NCBI GenBank assembly: GCA_964291415.2
Contig: OZ219920.1
Coordinates: 96,001-160,000, forward strand
Direction of reading: 5' to 3'
Source: Alphaproteobacteria bacterium
GTDB taxonomy: Bacteria > Pseudomonadota > Alphaproteobacteria > SP197
Length of the DNA stretch: 64,000 bases
Shown here: piece after piece, positions 56,964 to 64,000 of the stretch
Position numbering within the stretch: the stretch's first letter is position 1
Layout of the letters: each line of letters opens with the position of its first letter
Notes under the pieces: generated by a model
What the model saw: the letters and a program-made list of their open reading frames with translations, nothing else
The model's database searches: none
What the model was told of the DNA's origin: nothing
Made by a program: the position numbers and the translations under genes

Positions 56964-58574
56964 TCAGGCCGTGGCGTCGTCGAGCCAGACTTCCTCCCAG
57001 TACATCCAGCCGCCGAATCCGTGGGGATGGCCCTTGAGGTTCTTCACCCGTGAGCCGTAGGCATCGAGCCAGTTGGTGAAGACCGGCGTGATGGTCGCCC
57101 CCTCGTCGCGCATGATGATCTGGCATTCGCGGTAGAGTTCGCGGCGCAGGGTCTCGTCCACCGTCTTGCGGGCTTCGAGGACCAGGCTGTCGAACCTCTC
57201 GTGGGACCAGAAGCTCTCGTTCCACGAACCGCCCGAGATGTAGGCGATGGCGAGCATCAAATCGGCGGTCGGCCGGCCGTACCAGCTCGAACCGCACCAC
57301 GGCACCTTCATCCACACGGCACTCCAGTAACCGTCCGCCGGCACCTTCTTGACCGTCACGTTGGCGCCCGCCTCGTTCATCAGTTCGGCCATCACGACAC
57401 TCGCGTTGGCGCCGCCGAAATTCGAGTCCGTGGCATGGAGTTCGAAGGTGGCATTCTCCATGCCGGCTTCCTTCAGGTACCAGGCCACCTTGTCCGGGTC
57501 CCTCTCCAGGGCCTCGACGTCGGGGGCGAAGAAGGGGTCGTGCCGCGGGATCGGATGGTCGCGGCCGACCGTCCCGAGTCCGCCCCATCCGAGCTGCAGC
57601 ATGCGTTCGCGGTCAATGGCGTGCTTGAGCGCCATGCGCACGTTGTTGTCGGTGTAGGGTGGTGTGTCGGCCCGCATCGGATAGGTCGGGTGGGCCCCGC
57701 CCGGCTGGTTCAGCACCTCGGCGTTGTCGGCCTCGTCGACAGTCCCGACCAGTTGCGGATCGAGGCCGATGATGATGTCGGCCTCTCCGGACAGCAGGGC
57801 ATTGACCCGCGCGGAGGTGTCCGGAATGCCGAAGCTCTCGATTTCGTCGATGTAGGGCAGTCCGGTGCGGTGGTAGTTGGGATGGCGCTCGAAGACGGCG
57901 ACGATCCCCGGGTCGAACTCCTTCACCATCCAGGGACCGGTACCGATCGCCTCGCCTTGAACGTAGCTCTCGCTGTCGGCACCTTCCGGTTGCGCCGTGA
58001 AGTGGTACTCCGTCAGCAGGTACGGAACGTCCGCGTTGGGCGCCTTCATGTTGAAGACGACGTGGCCGGGGCCGTCGGCGGTGATGGACTCGACATCGCC
58101 GAGATAGGCATTGGCCGGTGACCCGCCTTCGGGGTCGAGATGCCGGTTGAAGGAATAGGCGACATCGGCGGCGGTGAGCGTCTTGCCGTTGTGGAACTCG
58201 ACACCCTCGAGGATCTCCATGGTCCACTGGGTGGCATCGCCGTTCGGTTCCCAGCTGGTCGCGAGGTTGCCGACGAGCCCCTCGCCGGGGATGTAATCGA
58301 TCAGCCGGTTGTAGAGCAGGCCGGAACGACCGATGTCGGCGCCACCGACGATCAACGTCGGATCGAGGGTGTCCCCGGCGCCGCTTGAGGTGAAGGCCGC
58401 CGTCAGCCTGCCACCGGTCACGGGTTCTTCCGCCTTGGCTTTGCGGACCGTGGAATCGACGAGTGAGGTTGCGGCGGCAGCCGACAGACCAAAGCCCATG
58501 AGGCCGTTCTGGAAGTCGCGCCGCGACACCTTGCCCTTGAGAAACTCCCTGATCAGGACATCCTTTCCTGTCAC
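56964..58574 (-). CDS. ABC substrate-binding protein, family 5, Tat signal; paralogue B
   Basis: GTG start after GGAGG; same length (1611 nt) as paralogue A and largely identical to it. Confidence 0.92.
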   Translation of the reverse strand: MTGKDVLIREFLKGKVSRRDFQNGLMGFGLSAAAATSLVDSTVRKAKAEEPVTGGRLTAAFTSSGAGDTLDPTLIVGGADIGRSGLLYNRLIDYIPGEGLVGNLATSWEPNGDATQWTMEILEGVEFHNGKTLTAADVAYSFNRHLDPEGGSPANAYLGDVESITADGPGHVVFNMKAPNADVPYLLTEYHFTAQPEGADSESYVQGEAIGTGPWMVKEFDPGIVAVFERHPNYHRTGLPYIDEIESFGIPDTSARVNALLSGEADIIIGLDPQLVGTVDEADNAEVLNQPGGAHPTYPMRADTPPYTDNNVRMALKHAIDRERMLQLGWGGLGTVGRDHPIPRHDPFFAPDVEALERDPDKVAWYLKEAGMENATFELHATDSNFGGANASVVMAELMNEAGANVTVKKVPADGYWSAVWMKVPWCGSSWYGRPTADLMLAIAYISGGSWNESFWSHERFDSLVLEARKTVDETLRRELYRECQIIMRDEGATITPVFTNWLDAYGSRVKNLKGHPHGFGGWMYWEEVWLDDATA

Positions 58575-58745
58575 TGGACCATCCTCCCTGTTGAGTGGTG
58601 ACAACAGGCCGGAGTCTAGAGGACAGGCAGGTACAATGACAGTACCGCCTTTCGAGGGCGGACGGATCCGGGAGAGGCGTTGCTTGTCCCGCGAGGGGCC
58701 TCGGCCTATTGTCGCCATGGCGCCCCGCTTGATGTTAGGACGCTC

Positions 58746-59810
58746 ATGAAGCTTATCCGCGACTGGTTCCACGAGACGTTTTCGGATCGTCAGGTGCTGA
58801 TTCTGACGGTCATTCTGCTGATCGCGGTGGCGGGAATCGTGTTCATCGCGGACATGCTGGCGCCGTTGATTGCCGCCTTCATCATCGCCTTCATGCTTGA
58901 TGGGCCGGTGCGCTGGCTGATCCGCAGGAACGTCAGCCACATCGTTGCGGTCAACATCGTGTTTGTCGGCTTCTTTTTGGCCGCCCTGCTCTTCCTTCTC
59001 GGACTGCTTCCGGTGCTGTTCCGCCAGATGGGGCAGTTTGTCGCCCGAGTCCCGGAGATGACCCAGGAGCTCCAGAACCACCTCGTGGCGTTGCCGCAGC
59101 GCTACCCGGACATGTTCTCGGAGGACCAGATCAGCGGTTTCATCAGGGAGATCGGCTCCACCATTGTCGCAGCGGTTTCATCCCTGCCGTCGTTCGCAGG
59201 CGCTTCCGTGGTCGGACTGCTGACCGCGATCGTCTACCTCATCCTCGTCCTGGTGCTGGTCTTCTTCATGATCAAGGACAAGCGGGCGATCGTCACGTGG
59301 CTGGTGACATTCCTGCCCCGCGACCGGGAACTGACAAGCACCGTGTGGAGCGAGATCACGGCTCAGGTCTACAACTACATGCGCGGCAAGGTCTGGGAGA
59401 TTCTCATCGTCGGTGTGGTGACCTACGTGGTGTTCGCCTTGCTGGGCGTCGAGTTCTCGATCCTGCTTGCCGTCATCACCGGTCTTTCGGTGCTGATCCC
59501 CTACGTGGGGGCCGCTGCGGTGACGGTCCCCGTCGCCGTCATCGCCTTCCTGCAGTACGGCATGACATGGAACTTCGGTTACGTGGTGATCGCCTACGGA
59601 ATCATCCAGGCTCTCGACGGCAACATCCTTGCGCCGCTGCTGTTCAGCGAGGTCGTGAACCTCCATCCCGTCGCCATCATTGTCGCCATCCTTGTCTTCG
59701 GCGGGTTGTGGGGCCTTTGGGGGGTCTTCTTTGCCATCCCTCTCGCCACGGTCGTGCAGGCGGTGTTGCGCGCCTGGCCGCGCACCACACCCTGGCGGCG
59801 TGTGGACTGA
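58746..59810 (+). CDS. AI-2E family transporter (PerM-like)
   Basis: 'L.P.I.A.I.A..LDGPV', 'YMRGK..EILIVG', 'SVLIPYVGA', 'IQALDGN.L.PLLFSE.VNLHP..II.A.L.FGGLWG.WGVFFAIPLA'. Confidence 0.9.
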   Translation: MKLIRDWFHETFSDRQVLILTVILLIAVAGIVFIADMLAPLIAAFIIAFMLDGPVRWLIRRNVSHIVAVNIVFVGFFLAALLFLLGLLPVLFRQMGQFVARVPEMTQELQNHLVALPQRYPDMFSEDQISGFIREIGSTIVAAVSSLPSFAGASVVGLLTAIVYLILVLVLVFFMIKDKRAIVTWLVTFLPRDRELTSTVWSEITAQVYNYMRGKVWEILIVGVVTYVVFALLGVEFSILLAVITGLSVLIPYVGAAAVTVPVAVIAFLQYGMTWNFGYVVIAYGIIQALDGNILAPLLFSEVVNLHPVAIIVAILVFGGLWGLWGVFFAIPLATVVQAVLRAWPRTTPWRRVD

Positions 59811-59815
59811 GAGGC

Positions 59816-60763
59816 ATGTTCAAGCTGATCGTCAGACGCCTTTTTCTTGGTCTTCTGACCCTTCTGGCCATTACTGTCCTGGTCTTTCTCGGTACGGAAA
59901 TCCTCCCTGGGGATGTCGCCCAGGCAATCCTCGGTCAGGCGGCCACGCCGGAGACCGTGGCCGCCCTGCGCGAAAAGCTCGGCCTCAACGCACCGCCCTG
60001 GGAACGCTACTTCACCTGGCTCGCCAACATCCTTGCCGGTGATCTCGGCAACTCGCTCGCCAACGGCATCCCCGTCGACCGGATCATCGGCCAGAGAATC
60101 GTCAACACGATCAATCTCGCCCTCTATGCCACGGTCATCGCACTGCCGCTGTCACTCCTTCTCGGGCTGCTCTCGGCCGCCTGGCCGGAAGGAACGTTCG
60201 ACCGCACGACGTCGTCGACCACCGTGTTCTTCATCTCGATTCCGGACTTCGTCATCGCCATCGTGCTCATCATCATCTTTGCCCGTGAACTGGGCTGGTT
60301 CCCTTCCGTCGTGCACCGGCCGAGATGGGGCGATGTGCCGGTGGCCCTGGGCCAGACGTTCCTCCCGATGCTGACCCTCGTCCTCACCATCCTTGCCCAC
60401 ATCATCCGCATGACGCGGGCCGCGGTCCTTGACGTCCTCAAGCAGCCCTACATCGAGATGGCCCTGCTCAAGGGGGCCCCCAAGTCGCGCATCATCATCC
60501 GCCACGCCATCCCCAACGCCCTGGGGCCGATCGTCAACGTGGTGGCGCTCAATCTCGCGTACCTGGTGAGTGGCGTGGTGATCGTCGAGGTCATCTTCAC
60601 CTACCCCGGGCTGGGCCGCCTCATGGTGGATTCCGTCATCTTCCGTGACCTGCCGCTCATCCAGGTGGCGGCGCTCGTGTTCTGTGGCTTCTATGTCGCT
60701 CTCAACATCTCGGCCGACGTCACCGCCATCATGGCCAATCCGCGCCTGAGGTTCGCCAAGTGA
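59816..60763 (+). CDS. Peptide/nickel-type ABC permease (DppB-like)
   Basis: 'LPGDVA..ILG', 'RY..WL.....GDLG.S', EAA-like 'YIEMA.LKG', 'F.YPGLG'. Confidence 0.9.
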   Translation: MFKLIVRRLFLGLLTLLAITVLVFLGTEILPGDVAQAILGQAATPETVAALREKLGLNAPPWERYFTWLANILAGDLGNSLANGIPVDRIIGQRIVNTINLALYATVIALPLSLLLGLLSAAWPEGTFDRTTSSTTVFFISIPDFVIAIVLIIIFARELGWFPSVVHRPRWGDVPVALGQTFLPMLTLVLTILAHIIRMTRAAVLDVLKQPYIEMALLKGAPKSRIIIRHAIPNALGPIVNVVALNLAYLVSGVVIVEVIFTYPGLGRLMVDSVIFRDLPLIQVAALVFCGFYVALNISADVTAIMANPRLRFAK

Positions 60764-61626
60764 CCCGCCTCGCAGGTCGCACCCGTTCGAAGCGGGCCCG
60801 GCCGCGTCCCGACGGATGGGCCTGGGCAGGTATCGTCATCGTCGCCATCGGCCTCCTTCTCGCGGTCGCCGGACCCTTGCTGGCGCCCCACGAGGTCGGC
60901 GCCATCGTCTCGGATTCCAACTTCGAGGCGCCCGGCATCACCACTGTCCTGGGGACCGATACGCTGGGTCGCGACATCCTGTCGCGCCTCCTCCATGGCG
61001 CCCGCCTGACAGTGGGCGTGGCGCTGGCCGCCACCGTGCTCGGCTTCCTCATCGGCATGGCAGCCGGGTTCTCGGCGGCGGAGATCAAGGGCCGTTACGA
61101 CGACTTCATGCTGTGGCTGGCGGACATGATGCTGTCCTTTCCGCCGCTGTTGCTGGCCCTGATCGTCATCGCCTCGCTCTCGTCGAGCCTGCCGGTTCTC
61201 GTGTGCACGATCGCTGTCCTCCACGCCTCTCGCGTCGCCCGTGTCAGCCGGGCGGTGGCCATGAACGTTGCCGCCCTGGAGTTCGTCGAGGTGGCGCGAG
61301 CGAGGGGAGAGAACCTGGTGTCCATCCTGGTGCGCGAGATCTGGCCATCGACGATCCGTCCCCTGGCCGTCGAGTTCGGACTGCGCCTGACGTATTCGAT
61401 CCTCTTCCTGTCGAGCCTGAGTTTCCTCGGACTCGGCATCCAGCCTCCGGATGCCGACTGGGGCTCCATGGTGAGGGAGAACCTGAACGCGCTGCAGACG
61501 GGTGCCTACATTGCCGTTCTGCTTCCGGCATTCGCCATCGCCATCCTGACGGTCGGCGTCAATCTTATCGTCGACTGGCTTGGAGCGGTGTCGGGGCGGT
61601 CGATTTCCGAAGAGCTCACCGGGTGA
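60760..61626 (+). CDS. Peptide/nickel-type ABC permease (DppC-like)
   Basis: 'LGTD.LGRD.LSRL..GAR.T', 'EFVE.ARARGE', 'LSFLGLG.QPP..DWG.M'. Confidence 0.9.
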   Translation: MTRLAGRTRSKRARPRPDGWAWAGIVIVAIGLLLAVAGPLLAPHEVGAIVSDSNFEAPGITTVLGTDTLGRDILSRLLHGARLTVGVALAATVLGFLIGMAAGFSAAEIKGRYDDFMLWLADMMLSFPPLLLALIVIASLSSSLPVLVCTIAVLHASRVARVSRAVAMNVAALEFVEVARARGENLVSILVREIWPSTIRPLAVEFGLRLTYSILFLSSLSFLGLGIQPPDADWGSMVRENLNALQTGAYIAVLLPAFAIAILTVGVNLIVDWLGAVSGRSISEELTG

Positions 61627-63464
61627 CGGCCTTTCTCAGAATCGAGGATCTCGTGGTCGAGGGACGGCCGCCGTCGGGAATCTGGGTGGAGACGGTGCAT
61701 CGCTGCAGCGTCGAGGTGCACCCGGGCGAGGTCGTGGCGCTGATCGGCGAGTCGGGAGCCGGAAAGACAACGGTTGCGCTGGCAGCCCTGGGCTATGCAC
61801 GTCCGGGAACCCGGTTCAGGAACGGCCGCGTCTTCCTCGAGGGGCGCGATGTCCTTGCCATGTCGATCGCCGCGAAGCGCGACCTGCGTGGCCGTGATGT
61901 CGCCTACGTGGCGCAGAGTGCGCAGGCCTCGCTCAACCCCTCCATTCCCGTGGGCGAGCAGATTGCCGAGAGTCTGCACCTTCACCAGGTTGCCGAAGGC
62001 GCCGACGCAACGCGGCGGACGATCGAGCTTCTCGATCTCCTCGACATACCGCATCCCGAGATGATTGCGCGGCGCTATCCGCACCAGACGTCGGGCGGCC
62101 AGCAACAACGCATCATGATGGCCATGGCGCTGGCCTGCCGGCCGCGGCTGCTGGTGCTCGACGAGCCGACGACGGCCCTTGACGTGACGACCCAGATCGA
62201 GGTGCTGAAGGCAATCAAGTCGGTCAACCGCGACCTCGGCACCGCGTCGATCTACGTCAGCCATGATCTTGCCGTCGTCGCCCAGGTGGCCGACAGAATC
62301 CTGGTCATGAACCAGGGACACGTCGTGGAAGAAGGAGAGACCTCCCGCATTCTCGACGATGCGAGGGAGGACTACACGCGAACCCTGCTGGGCGCGGTGA
62401 AACCGCCGCCCTCTCCTGAGAGGACGGCGGTCGACCGCACCCTGACCATCGGCGCCGAGCCGGTGCTCTCCGTCATGCAAACGTCCGCCAGCTATGCCCG
62501 GCAGACCCTGTTTGGCACCATCGAACGCGAGCAGTACGTCCTCCATGACATCGCGCTCGATGTGTGGCCTCGCGAAGTGCTGGCCGTGGTCGGTGAATCG
62601 GGCAGCGGCAAGTCGACCCTCGCCAGGGTCATGGCCGGCCTGCATCCACCCCTTCCCGGTGCGCAGATCATGCTTGACGGCGATCACCTTGCCGGCCGGG
62701 CGCGTCGCAGGACACGCGATCAGCTGCGCCGCATCCAGATCATCTTCCAGAGTCCGGACCAGTCACTCAACCCGGAGCGTCGTGTCGACGACGCCATCGG
62801 CAGGCCTCTCGAGCTCTATTTCGGCATGTCGGGCTCCGAGAAGTACGACCGGATCGCCGATCTCCTCGAGATGGTCGGACTCGATCCCGACTACGCCGGG
62901 CGTTTTCCCGCAGAACTGTCGGGTGGCGAGCGCCAGCGCGTCTCCATCGCCCGGGCCTTCGCCGCCGAACCGGATGTCATCCTGTGTGACGAAGTTCTGT
63001 CCGCCCTCGATACCGTCGTGGCCGCCCGCGTGCTCGAACTGATGAAGGAACTGCGGGAGACCCACCAGGTGGCCTACGTCTTCATCAGCCACGATCTGTC
63101 CACCGTCGCCTCGATCGCCGACCGGGTGGCGGTCATGTATGCCGGCAGGATCGTCGATGCCGGCTACACGAACGACGTGTTCGCGCCACCGCATCATCCC
63201 TACACGCAGCTTCTCATCAATTCCGTGCCGGCGTTGCGTCAGGGATGGCTCGAGGAGGTCATCAACAGCCGCGAGGCGGAAGCGGGCATGCGTTCCAACG
63301 TCATGCTGCACGACCGTCCGTGCCCCTTTCGCATGCGCTGCCCCCTTGTCATTTCCGGAACCTGCGACAGCGAACCGGCACCGGCCAGAGAGATGGGTGA
63401 CGGGCACGTCGTCATGTGCCAGCACGACGAGGCAACCCTCCGCGCGGCGCAGGGTGGAGCCTGA
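61623..63464 (+). CDS. Fused DppD/DppF ABC ATP-binding protein (two ATPase domains)
   Basis: Walker A 'GESGAGKT' and 'GESGSGKS'; 'SGGQQQR' and 'LSGGERQR'; C-terminal 'CPF..RCP...C'. GTGA overlap with the upstream gene. Confidence 0.92.
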   Translation: MTAFLRIEDLVVEGRPPSGIWVETVHRCSVEVHPGEVVALIGESGAGKTTVALAALGYARPGTRFRNGRVFLEGRDVLAMSIAAKRDLRGRDVAYVAQSAQASLNPSIPVGEQIAESLHLHQVAEGADATRRTIELLDLLDIPHPEMIARRYPHQTSGGQQQRIMMAMALACRPRLLVLDEPTTALDVTTQIEVLKAIKSVNRDLGTASIYVSHDLAVVAQVADRILVMNQGHVVEEGETSRILDDAREDYTRTLLGAVKPPPSPERTAVDRTLTIGAEPVLSVMQTSASYARQTLFGTIEREQYVLHDIALDVWPREVLAVVGESGSGKSTLARVMAGLHPPLPGAQIMLDGDHLAGRARRRTRDQLRRIQIIFQSPDQSLNPERRVDDAIGRPLELYFGMSGSEKYDRIADLLEMVGLDPDYAGRFPAELSGGERQRVSIARAFAAEPDVILCDEVLSALDTVVAARVLELMKELRETHQVAYVFISHDLSTVASIADRVAVMYAGRIVDAGYTNDVFAPPHHPYTQLLINSVPALRQGWLEEVINSREAEAGMRSNVMLHDRPCPFRMRCPLVISGTCDSEPAPAREMGDGHVVMCQHDEATLRAAQGGA

Positions 63465-63469
63465 TCCCC

Positions 63470-64000
63470 CTACCCGTCGAGCGGTGGCCTCGTTGCGGTG
63501 CCGCCGTAGAGCGGCATGGCGGATTCGATGGCATGGGCCACCCGAAACACGGTCTCCTCGTCAAAGGGGTTGCCGACGACCTGAATGCCGGTGGGAACCC
63601 CGTTGGCGTCAAACCCCGAGGGAACGGACAGCACCGGCAGGCGGCTGAACGCGTTGAATGCCGGCGTCATGATGACACTGTGGATGTCATGGCCGACACC
63701 GTCGACATTGACGGGCTGTTCCCAGTCTCGCAGGTCTGCCGGAATCTCGGTGGTGCCCACGGTTGGGCAGATGAAGACGTCGTGGCGCGCCAGGTCGGGC
63801 ATGAACGTCAGCCAGGCGTCGCCGATCGCCTTCATGCATTCGTGGAACATGCGGGGCGTATAGAGCTCGTTGTGCCGCGCGAAGATCACCGTGTAGTCGC
63901 AGACGAGGTCGGGGTGGCGCTCCACGGCATCGCTGAATTCATCGGCATAGATCATTCCTCCCCAGGCCGGGAAGGCGTCCAGCAGGTCGCCGGCCCACGG
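63470..64000 (-). CDS. Amidase-signature family protein, C-terminal part (runs off the window)
   Basis: 'DVFICPT', 'T..FN...RLP.LSVPSG..ANGVPTGIQ.VG..FDE..VFR.A'; frame open to position 64000. Confidence 0.82.
   Translation of the reverse strand, partial: PWAGDLLDAFPAWGGMIYADEFSDAVERHPDLVCDYTVIFARHNELYTPRMFHECMKAIGDAWLTFMPDLARHDVFICPTVGTTEIPADLRDWEQPVNVDGVGHDIHSVIMTPAFNAFSRLPVLSVPSGFDANGVPTGIQVVGNPFDEETVFRVAHAIESAMPLYGGTATRPPLDG

Overview
High-GC bacterial chromosome segment, most likely an alphaproteobacterium (inferred from the Zn-free 41-aa L36, the pckA/chvI-chvG divergon and the zf-CHCC-polA pair). Housekeeping and catabolic genes (rpmJ, glcDEF, ogt, polA, amtB, pckA, frmA-fghA, pemIK, MATE, opine-oxidase-like trio, Dpp-type ABC system, amidase) alternate with accessory patches. 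(i) 12.1-20.1 kb: a degenerate duplicate of the amtB 3' end, ends of IS1634, IS66, IS3 and IS1182/IS5-like elements, and AhpD-like, non-pyrrolysine MttB, TPR and ICL/PEP-mutase genes. (ii) 40.7-52.1 kb: a doubly frameshifted autotransporter, a TbpB-like lipoprotein, relics of LuxR, Fic, IS110, nuclease and TnpB genes, an orphan AbiEii-type nucleotidyltransferase and a sugar-type ABC operon. The strongest lead is that the binding protein of that ABC operon (48324-49466) looks like a full-length LuxP homologue. It keeps most borate-AI-2 contact residues but sits with a permease and ATPase rather than a LuxQ kinase, so it is a candidate importer for borated AI-2 or another sugar-borate ester. Other leads are a formaldehyde-detox / twin gamma-glutamyl ligase / PhyH dioxygenase operon and two tandem Tat-exported SBP paralogues with gene-conversion-like patchwork identity. 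All family assignments come from motif recognition by eye and recalled reference sequences; no searches were run. No rRNA, tRNA or CRISPR array was seen.
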